DNA from: Carpediemonas membranifera BICM
Lineage: Eukaryota; Protista; Fornicata
Direction of reading: 5' to 3'
Assembly (NCBI GenBank): GCA_019828565.1
Contig: JAHDYR010000066.1
Location: 372,001 to 436,000, forward strand
DNA length: 64,000 nucleotides
The notes under the pieces are model-generated. The model did not search any database, was not told the origin of the DNA, and was given only the letters and a program-made list of their open reading frames with translations. Of the stretch, positions 55,422 through 64,000 are shown in pieces (positions within the stretch are counted from its first letter, which is position 1; each line of letters begins with the position of its first letter). The translations under genes were made by a program, and so were the position numbers.

Positions 55422-55551
55422 TTTATTGCCTTAAATATTCCCAATGAGCGATGGGGCATTGACACGCAGCTTGACTCTCTCGGTCGGTCGCTTGGTCGAT
55501 TCGCAATTTGTCACTTTGTTACGCGGACTACACAAAGCCCCAAAGAACCGG

Positions 55552-56250
55552 ATGGCTATAAACAGTGGTAGCGGCATCACTCACGTGTTCCTTGATGTAG
55601 ATGGGACTCTCCTGAACACGGTTTCATGGGATCTCATCCGCGTTGCGCTTGGTGTGGAGACGGAGTCGAAAGAGCTCGAGAAGAGGTACCACGCCAAGGA
55701 GCTGTCATATGACGAGTGGGCGCTTGCAGATAGCAGTTTGTGGATCGGAAAGGACTATGAGAAGGCTGTAGAATGCTTCGAGAATCCTTCGTTCAATAAG
55801 AACGTCGTCGAGGGCTGCCACCGTATGGCTGAGGAGGCCGGTCTGACCCTCATCCTGCTCTCAGGCGGCATGGACGTTAACTGCCTTGCCCTGACCCGGC
55901 ACCTGCCGATCTCCTGCTTCTTTGCGAACCGCCTCCGTCATGAGGGCGGTAAGATCACGAAGGTCGAGTACACTGTGTCCCTGAAGGCCAAGGGGGACAT
56001 CATCAGGGAGTACATGGAGACATACGGCCTCAAGAGCGAGCAGGTGGCGCATGTTGGCGACGGGTGCAACGACATCTCCGCATTCGAGGCAGCGGGCCTG
56101 AAGATCGCCTTCAGGTCGAGGGACAAGGCGCTCAAGGAAGCTGCGGACATCGTTATTGGAGAAGATTTCCTCGAGGTGGCACAGGCCATTATTGATCGGG
56201 CCGACACGAGTCTCCAGGGCGGTCAACGGCTGCTGCCCGTTGAGGAGTGA
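55552..56250 (+). CDS. HAD-superfamily phosphoserine-phosphatase-like hydrolase
   Basis: FLDVDGTL...SW, LSGG, KGD, VGDGCNDISAFEAAG..IAF. Confidence 0.8.
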   Translation: MAINSGSGITHVFLDVDGTLLNTVSWDLIRVALGVETESKELEKRYHAKELSYDEWALADSSLWIGKDYEKAVECFENPSFNKNVVEGCHRMAEEAGLTLILLSGGMDVNCLALTRHLPISCFFANRLRHEGGKITKVEYTVSLKAKGDIIREYMETYGLKSEQVAHVGDGCNDISAFEAAGLKIAFRSRDKALKEAADIVIGEDFLEVAQAIIDRADTSLQGGQRLLPVEE

Positions 56251-56357
56251 TTCTGTAAACAATCGGGTGGATTCGGAGTGGCGGGGCCGGCGGTGAGGCC
56301 CCCTGTCCGTGTGGGTCGTCGGTGCAGCTTAGCCCGCTCTCAATCACATTGTGTCGG

Positions 56358-58291
56358 ATGGAGCTAGAGGCGACACTGCTGCTGTACGTTTAGTACTCCA
56401 TTGATGGTTATACAGAGATAATGTTCCCCTCCACACCGAGAGGACAACGCTGGAGACGCCCGTGTCCCACGAGGAGCTGCTCATCCCGAACGACGTCGCC
56501 GAGCACGCGGACGAGTTCAAGGACGGGTTCTCCTTGCTTAGCGAGTACTCCAAGTCGGTGAAGCCTGGCGAATACTCCCACACGCCGAGCTATGGGCCGA
56601 TGCAGACCATGAGCGCCGTGCTCATCGGCAAGCCCGGCCTGGATGGCGGCGTGGATGCACGCTCCATCGCCTACCCAGCCCTGTTGAAAGATGCGATCGT
56701 CCTGCCGATCGACTTCCTCCTCGGTACCGAGTTTGAGAAGCTTTCCGACGCCATGCTCGTCGACTTCAGCCGCTGGATTAACGGCCGCTCAATCAGCACT
56801 AGCCTGCTTCACCACGCCCTTTTCCAGCGGCCCAGTCTGGCTGGTCAGGTCAAGGGTGCCTGGCTGTTCACAGTGGCGCTTCTGAAGACCGTCAGCATCT
56901 GGCTGGATGCCGTCAAGGCATCGACCTTCATCGAGTACGAGGACTTCTGCACTCAGACATACCAGTACGAGTTCCCCGGCCACCTGAGCGAGGTGACACT
57001 CCCACGGCTGCGCGCTGCCGTCGAGGACGACGGGACGACGCCGAGGATCATACCCAAGACACTGATGCTGCTCGCACTCGCAGAGCTGGGCGAGGCGGTG
57101 CTCGAGAACAACCGCGACCGTATCCCAGCGGCGTGTCGCGTGTTCCGGGACTCCCTGAAGTCCGTGACGGTCGGGACGGAGCCGATCATCGACATCATGG
57201 CGCTCGGACACGCCAAGACCCCCATGATCTCTAAGCACTTCGCCGCCCGGCTCGCCGTCTCAGCTGTTGAGGACATCACCTATGGCAGCCGCGGGGAGTG
57301 GCGCGAGGAGCTTATGGTCGCCGCCGAGGGCGTTGTCGAGGCCACGCAGGACGGGCTTCGGTTCACGCCGAAGTCCTTCATTGACTTCGCGGAGTCCTTC
57401 TACGTCTGCCGCGAGTCCCCCATCTTCCGCTGCGTCTTCCAGCGCTGGTTCACCGCTGAGTCGCTCTGCGGCGGGCAGTTTAGGGTCGAGGAGCTCGCCG
57501 CGCGGGAGTTCAGGACACACCGGCCCGGCCCTGCGCTGTCCCTCTACCAGGGCAACCTCTCGCAGCTGCTGTCCCAGGTGGCCCTGTGCGCCGGGCTGAC
57601 GCTCTCCAGGGCAACCCGCGTTATGCGCCACACCCTCGCGTTATCCTGCGAAATCGCACACATGCACTCAGCCGACCAGTACGGCCTCCACGCCCGGGGC
57701 ATTGTGGTGCGGCTGGCCCTCGGCATGCTTGTCGGGAAGGGGAGGCTCGGCAATGTCCACGACGGCGTCGTCACCCCCTACGCCTTTGTCCTGCGCCGCA
57801 TCGCCGGCCACGCCACGGAGACGGCCGACGCCGACCCTCTCGCCGCCCGCTTCCTCGCCATGACAGCGGCCGTGGCCAACGCGCTGGCCCACTCCTGTGT
57901 GCTGGCGGACCGCATCAATGCCCGTCCCGTGCTGGCCGGCCGGGACTTCGAGTCCGTGTTCGAGCAGTTCCGGTGCCTGGACGGCGGGCTCTACCGCGAG
58001 TACACGACTTTCATCAAGACCATACCCAAGGACCCTGTCCTCGCCTGCTCGCAGTGCTCCAAGCTGTGGGAGGGCGTCCAAGAATCCTTCCCGGCTGACT
58101 GCAGCGACGTCAAGACCACGCTGCCTGACGTCACGGCGGACTACTACCGCCATGTGATCAGCGACCTGGCGACGGCGGTGAAGGGCAACGCGCTGGCCAT
58201 GATGGTCATCTCGCGGGGGCGCACGCGGTCGGTCAAGTTTGACTGGAAGATGTGCGACTTTGTGCCTCGGCTCGCACCAATGAAGCAGTAA
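56358..58291 (+). CDS. NatC auxiliary subunit NAA35/Mak10-like; intron 56384-56415
   Basis: VKPGE......Y.....MSAV.IG.P.LDGG, W.NG.S...SL and EYEDF resemble Mak10 motifs. A 32-nt GTACGT...TTATACAG intron supplies an ATG start. Confidence 0.6.
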
Positions 58292-58367
58292 ATCAGCATT
58301 TTACGGCCGCTGGCGTGGTCTGGTCGATTTCGGCTAAACTGCGCGACAACGATACTGAATTCTTAAC

Positions 58368-60221
58368 ATGGCAATAAGCGAGCCAGCATCGCTGCGTGGA
58401 GGACCGCAGATATCAAATCGTGTGAACTCCACAACGCTTGACAAGCGGCTCACGAACATCTACGACTACTACTCTGGCGGAGGTTTCTCCTCAATAATGC
58501 TGAAGCAGTGCCTTGACATCATATCTTTCATCTTTACTTTGACCCTTATCTCATTCGGCATTTTCCGGGTGGACTGGCTTAGCATCATCCGTTGCACCAT
58601 CAGTGACAGCTGCACGGGCAAGCTGCTGCGGCATGACTTTCCCCTCATCCTCATCATCCTCGCCGTTCCCTTCGTCCCCATCTGCCTGGGATACCTCGGC
58701 TTCCTCCTGGTCCGGGCGGCCAGGACGTACAAGTGGGGGCGGTGGGTCCGGGCCTTGTTCGTCCAGCTCTGCATCGATGAGGACTATCTCGCCAACACTC
58801 CGTGGCCTGTTATCGCAGACCGACTGATCCATAGCTCGTTCCTGGACAGGACCTCAATGACCCGGGGAGGGGAGGAGCGCGTGGTGCCGCTGACGATGGC
58901 CGAGATCACGGCGAGATTGTGCCGGACGGACAACTTCCTGATAGGGCTCGTCAACAACAACGTTGTCCCGCTGCCTCGGCCCTCGTTCATCGCGCTCTTC
59001 CACAAGGTAACCCGACACCGTAAGAACCCGAGGCACCGGGCCCCAGCAGGGTATGCCGCAGCTCCAGCAGACGGCGACGACCTGACTGGCGTCGACGGCA
59101 TGCTGGACTCGGGATCGCTGGACCAGCCCCTCACCCCGGACGACTCCGCGGCCCCTGGTGTGGCTGAGGACCTGTCCGTCGGATCCCTCCCACCCATAGA
59201 GCCGCTGCCGATTGCCCTGCCGTCCATCCTGGCCAGCTCGATGTCCGAGCCGACCCAGCTGCCGGTTGACTCCGTCTATGGCGTGACTTCGCTCTTCTCG
59301 ACGCGGCCCAACGTCTACTTCACCCAAGTAGGGGAGACCGCCCTCCGTCTGGCCTTCCTCAATAAGATGATGATCACAAGAAACATTGGCACGGGCTACC
59401 CTGCGAATATCATACCACCAAGTTTCAGGAACGACCCAGTCTCGGCCCGACGAATCGTCGTCACCCGGTTCCGACTGTACGGCCTCATCGCCCTGCCTCT
59501 GACACCGTTTATCTTCGTATACGCCCTGATCTTCTCCGTCCTGGGCCATGGCTCCGAGTTCTACGCCAACCCCGCCACCCTGGGCACTGGTCGGTGGTCC
59601 CGGTATGCACTGCTCCGTTTCAGACGGTACAACGAGCTCCCGCACAACTTTGCCCGGCGGGTGCGGGAGTCGTATCAGCACGCGGACGACTATGTCAACC
59701 AGTTCCGGAACCCGGTGGCTGACCAACTGGTGCACTTCGTCATCTACGTCCTCAGCGGGGCCCTCGTGTTCTTGCTGTTCGTCACGCTGGTCGACGACTC
59801 CCTCGCGACGAGCGTCACAGTGCTCAATAGGAACCTCCTCTGGTACACAGGGGTCCTCAGCGTCGCAGTGATCGGGCTGCGTTCCCTGGTGGCGACCACG
59901 GGAAGCACGACGGACCCAGTGACCGCCCTGAACAAGGTGGCAGAGTGCACCGGGTTTATGCCGCCCCAGTGGGTCGGTGAGGAGCACACCAAGCACGTGC
60001 TGAAGCAGTTCAGGCGGCTGTACTCTACACAGATCCAGGTGCTGCTGGATGAGCTTCAGGGAATTATAGTACTGCCGTACACGCTGCTGGTGGTGATGCC
60101 GCGCGCCGCAGACTCCATCGTGGAGTGGGTGGCGTACCACGAGGAGGTCATTGAGGCGCCTCCCATCGGAGGAGTCTACCAGCCTCGGAACTACGATCAG
60201 GGCGGTAAGTCCATGATTTAG
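58368..60221 (+). CDS. ATG9: autophagy protein Atg9 (lipid scramblase)
   Basis: LD..L.NIYDYY..GGF, ITARL.R.DNFLIGLVN, RWS.YA...FR.YNELPH.F..R...SY..A..YVNQF, LL.EL.GII..PY.L. Confidence 0.9.
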   Translation: MAISEPASLRGGPQISNRVNSTTLDKRLTNIYDYYSGGGFSSIMLKQCLDIISFIFTLTLISFGIFRVDWLSIIRCTISDSCTGKLLRHDFPLILIILAVPFVPICLGYLGFLLVRAARTYKWGRWVRALFVQLCIDEDYLANTPWPVIADRLIHSSFLDRTSMTRGGEERVVPLTMAEITARLCRTDNFLIGLVNNNVVPLPRPSFIALFHKVTRHRKNPRHRAPAGYAAAPADGDDLTGVDGMLDSGSLDQPLTPDDSAAPGVAEDLSVGSLPPIEPLPIALPSILASSMSEPTQLPVDSVYGVTSLFSTRPNVYFTQVGETALRLAFLNKMMITRNIGTGYPANIIPPSFRNDPVSARRIVVTRFRLYGLIALPLTPFIFVYALIFSVLGHGSEFYANPATLGTGRWSRYALLRFRRYNELPHNFARRVRESYQHADDYVNQFRNPVADQLVHFVIYVLSGALVFLLFVTLVDDSLATSVTVLNRNLLWYTGVLSVAVIGLRSLVATTGSTTDPVTALNKVAECTGFMPPQWVGEEHTKHVLKQFRRLYSTQIQVLLDELQGIIVLPYTLLVVMPRAADSIVEWVAYHEEVIEAPPIGGVYQPRNYDQGGKSMI

Positions 60222-60882
60222 TAAAGCCTGGGAGGTTACAAGCACTGTCTAGCAGGGGTTGGTTTATACGTTGCTTGGGTATTAATTAATCTTTGTTGGG
60301 TGATGATCAAGCATATTGATGTGTCGGAGAGGAGGTTGATATTGTTAAAGAAGAGATAGAAGCCAGAGATGTGTGTGTGCCCTGTGTAAGAAGAGAGGGA
60401 TCGTTCAGATTTCCAAGGAATAGAATCTTCACTGTGAATCGGTGCGCCCTGCGGACTTTAGGATTCGGGCAAAGAGTGTCATCTTCAAGGACCAAGAACA
60501 AACGCATTGGCAGCCTGTAGGGCTCTATGGTGCACAAATGAGGCAAGAGTGGCTAAGTAAGGTATGGATGGTGCGCTCAGCGATCTTGGTGGTATGGTTT
60601 CCGCAATGCTGTTCAGTAGTAGCAAAATAATCCTCCTTGCGCGCTATTACAAACGATTTGTGTTCTTTCGACTGATGACGAACATATGATGACTCAAAAT
60701 CGACTTCGACACAAAGGTGTCGTGATCACGAAGAAAGATTCTGTTTGACGCACGTGATAAATGAGGTCCCTTGAGTGTGCATGCAGATACCGGTGCAAAT
60801 CGTCCATAAATATCAATGATCGTCAGGGCCAGATGAGGTCGAGATGCATTCGAGGTAATCGGCACGTACCTTGCGATATACT

Positions 60883-61686
60883 TTACTGGATCAGGCTGCT
60901 GCGGCGGCCCATCTTCTTGATGAGCTTGCCGTCGTCACTGCGATCAGATCTAGGGCGCCGTCCCTTATTAGGAACGAAGGAGCCATCGACCTTGGCAATA
61001 ACAAGTGTGTGGTCGCCTAAGGGAACCATCTGATGCACCGTGCAGACAAAGGCGCAGATGGTCTCCGTGACGACAGGTGCGGCCGCGGTGGCGGCCTTCG
61101 CCTCCCTGATTGTGAGGCGGTGGTCCGAGAGCAGCCCGGTCTTCGTCGCCGCGTCCGCGTCCGCGTCGGCTTCCTCGATGGCAACGTCCCAATACTCATC
61201 CATCACGGTCTCAATGTCGTTGAGGTCGCGGTCGATGTAGTTGACGCTGAAGGCGGCTGCCTGCTCGATGATGATCTTCGCAACACGCCTGCGGTTGCCG
61301 ATGGGGAATGCGATAAATGCGGGATCGATAGAGCAGAGCATGGGAACACGGGGGATTGCGATGGGGATGCCCTTCTCGTCCTCCACCACTGGGTAAGGGG
61401 CACGGGGAAGACGAACCTATGAGTGGGAAGCGGGAGTTGTCTCGGTTGCTCCACGCTACAGGGAAATCTACTTGTTTCAGTGGACTGGTTGCGCTCTTCC
61501 AGTCTGTGTAACTCGGAAAAGATGGGGACTAAGCGCCGTGGGGGACGTACCAGAATAATCAATGTCAACGCCACCTTCCTCGTCCAGCTCCTCGAGACTT
61601 GGAAGCTCAGTGATGTTCATAAGAGCCATTAGGTTAGAGTTCGACCGTCTAAGGGCTGCGCTACTCCATTTTGACGCCGTATCCAT
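60883..61686 (-). CDS. flavin-reductase-like (FMN-binding split barrel) protein; introns 61389-61416 and 61504-61550
   Basis: SIDP.FIAF, FSVNYI, APVV.E.ICAF.C.V...V.LGDHTLVIA.V; two consensus introns join three exons in frame. Confidence 0.65.
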
Positions 61687-62284
61687 CGTGCGATTCGTTT
61701 GTGCTGACCCGTCGGGCAGTTTAGCCGATGTCGGCAGAACTGTTGGCGCACGCACCTGGCATGGCTGGGCAGTACGCCGGCGACACAGTGCCTTCTGACA
61801 GTTTCCAAAATTTCATTCTGATTGATATTTGATTTATATAGCCCATTATACTGCGGAGGGTTGTAGCTGCTTTGATTGTAAGAATTTTGTGTTGAAGTAC
61901 CAAGCCCAGCAACACGGATGTTTACAATCAGCACCTCAACGGCAGAACTACTTCTACCCCAATGGCTGTGTCTCCGCCATGGCCTCACTTTAAGACACAC
62001 CATTCCGACTCGACAGGCCGAGGCTCTCATGCCGGGGTCCGTGGGGGTGTCGACTCGGTCGCTCAAAGAAACAACTCCACTGCATTCGAATTAAAGGCTT
62101 TCTGCTTCGCCCACCCCTGTTCTCACTTGTGGCACCGTGCTCTCACCCGGTTGAGTCTCCGCGGCTTGGCACCGGCAGATAACCTTCGGTCAGTCCGACC
62201 TGCATGCATGCGCGCCATTCCTTGCCATTCGTTTGGTCCGCCGTGGTCCGGCCATGGCCGCCTGACTTGACTCCGGTCGTCAAT

Positions 62285-62959
62285 ATGCTCGGGTTTGCAC
62301 GGGACCTGTATGACTACATCACATTCAAGCCAGAGATGAGAGTATGCTTACTAGGCGAGTCAGGCAGTGGAAAGACGCTGTTCGCTTTGACGATGGCGGA
62401 TTATTTTGAGCCGAAAGAGCGACTTCAGCGTCAAACGAAGCCCACTGCTGGATTGAACCACATTAGGATAGCTACAGAGACTTATCGCTTCTGTATATGG
62501 GATCTTCCGGGGAATAAGGCCTTCAGGTCGATGTGGCAGCGCTACTCGAGTGACGCTCATGCGACAATCATCCTCGCCACTGCCGACTGCCCGGCCAAGG
62601 ACGTCCGCACGGTGTACGACTGCCTGATGCATATCCCGGGCCGCATAGCGATTATGGTCCGCGGGTCGGCGGACCCCCTCATGACAGTGTGGGGTGACAT
62701 CGCACAGACGGTGCCCCTCGTCGACCCCGCCGCCATGGTCATGACTACGGCACTGCTACCGCCCATGCGGCCAGCTGGGGGGCTTGGGGCTGTGCTGGGG
62801 TCTATATCCCACTGCGGCGCCGAAACCCTCCCCCCTCCTGAGATTGAGGCGGTGAAGGGAACACTCGACGGCGTCCCTGTGATCTTAGTGGGTGTTAGTG
62901 AGGGTCAGAAGCTGTGCGACGTCGGGGAGCGGGTGCTGGCCTGGCTTTCCGAGGGGTGA
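62285..62959 (+). CDS. divergent Arf-like small GTPase (ARFRP1-like)
   Basis: LYDYIT.K.E..VCLLGESGSGKT, PTAGLN, WDLPG...FRSMW..Y; the NKxD motif is not evident. Confidence 0.65.
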   Translation: MLGFARDLYDYITFKPEMRVCLLGESGSGKTLFALTMADYFEPKERLQRQTKPTAGLNHIRIATETYRFCIWDLPGNKAFRSMWQRYSSDAHATIILATADCPAKDVRTVYDCLMHIPGRIAIMVRGSADPLMTVWGDIAQTVPLVDPAAMVMTTALLPPMRPAGGLGAVLGSISHCGAETLPPPEIEAVKGTLDGVPVILVGVSEGQKLCDVGERVLAWLSEG

Positions 62960-63363
62960 TGGGAAGAGGGTCGTTTCTTTTGGTTTAAAGTTTTAGATGC
63001 GGTATTGGTGCCAGTAACGAGTCTAGCAAAGGGTGAGGTGGTCTGGGTCTGCGTACAGGACCAGACCTTCGCCCCGCAGATTATGTCAGAAAACAAGTAG
63101 CGTTTAGAGGGTTTATGTGGAGGATTCATGTAAAGGTGACTTAGGCTGTCGACCCCCCTGGGATGAACTCCAGAGGACTGAACAGGTTCAGTCTGACGGC
63201 CCACCTGTCGTACACCAGAAGGGTAGCGGACATGAGGGCGTCGGCGATGGTAAGAGCGACGGTTCTGGGTGGGATCTTGGTTCTCGCTCCAGCAGAAACT
63301 AGGAATGCGGCAGCTTTGGACGCGCACATTGGGATGTTGGAGCCATCCGGCCGCGGAAATTTA

Positions 63364-64000
63364 GACTCAACAATTCTAATCCTGCGCGGCACACTACCTC
63401 CACTCACCCACTTCAGCCCTCGTCTGTACAATCGGGCTTTCGTGCTTTCAGTCGTCGGTCTGCACGAAAAGATGCGTCGTCCATCGTCTGTGTCGAACGC
63501 TGCTGTCTTCTTTCGCGTCTGTGCTCGTCTGTTACGCGCTCATCTGTCGTCCATTGCCGGCGTCTGAAGCTCATGTCGTCGTCGTCATCGTCATCTTCGT
63601 CTGTTGTGAGAGACACTAGTGGTGGAAAGCGGTTGTAGCTAGTAGTAAAGACGCTTTGTGTTGTATGATGCTGCTAGCTGATGAACCCCGAAAAGAAATG
63701 ATCGATGCATGCAGCTCAATAGACTCCAATCCCTTCCAAGATAAACACGGTGAAGGCTTCCGTTAACAAGGCCATTGGCGAGATTAACGGTGGAGGCGAT
63801 AACAACGCGCCGCGGCGAGGAAACCTTGAACCGGGCATGCGTTCTTTCACGCAGGCTAAGTACACATTCACTTGCCTGCTTGCGTGCGTCTCTGCATCTG
63901 CGCACGCGTTGACCCCACCGAGGACGGTCAACCTGTTCGACGAGGAGGTCCTCAAGCAGATCGTCAGCATTGCTCAGCAAAAGGTGTCGAAGGCAAAGGC
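63364..64000 (+). mobile_element. Fanzor transposon copy 2 (inverted relative to copy 1, truncated by the window end)
   Basis: Near-identical reverse complement of 48594 to ~47940, preceded by TA (63362-63363). Start codon ATG>ATC at 63729-63731 and a 24-bp deletion in the leader. Confidence 0.93.

Noticed and set aside
1-64000. CRISPR array, tRNA or rRNA genes, prokaryotic operon
   Set aside because: No regularly spaced repeats or recognisable tRNA/rRNA seen by eye; spliceosomal introns and gene content are eukaryotic

Overview
This is a gene-dense, GC-rich eukaryotic window with about 35 protein-coding genes and at least 14 very short (28-79 nt) GT-AG introns. The introns have a GTWYGY donor and a branch point fused to the 3' splice site. 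Gene content (PPi-type PEPCK, split glycine-decarboxylase P2 subunit, SF-assemblin, RCC1-like family) and intron style point to an anaerobic metamonad/fornicate protist, Carpediemonas-like; this assignment is inference. The main discovery is a Fanzor (eukaryotic TnpB-like RNA-guided nuclease) transposon family present three times. (1) A ~2.4 kb copy at ~46171-48594 (-) retains all three RuvC catalytic motifs and a Zn finger, carries two -1 frameshifts, and has a three-hairpin omegaRNA candidate after the stop codon. (2) A second, inverted copy starts at 63364 and runs off the window; its start codon is mutated. (3) A 75-bp solo left end at 33793-33867 is flanked by TA on both sides. The element shows no transposase or terminal inverted repeat that I could find. 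Instead, a 40-bp imperfect direct copy of its own left end follows the putative omegaRNA scaffold, which is either a recombinase-type end motif or a guide aimed at the family's own left ends. Secondary points: a FIST-domain/class III cyclase fusion with a degenerate metal site, a pseudo-SAH-hydrolase, a 7TM receptor whose two introns are hidden inside an open frame, and several structured intergenic candidates.
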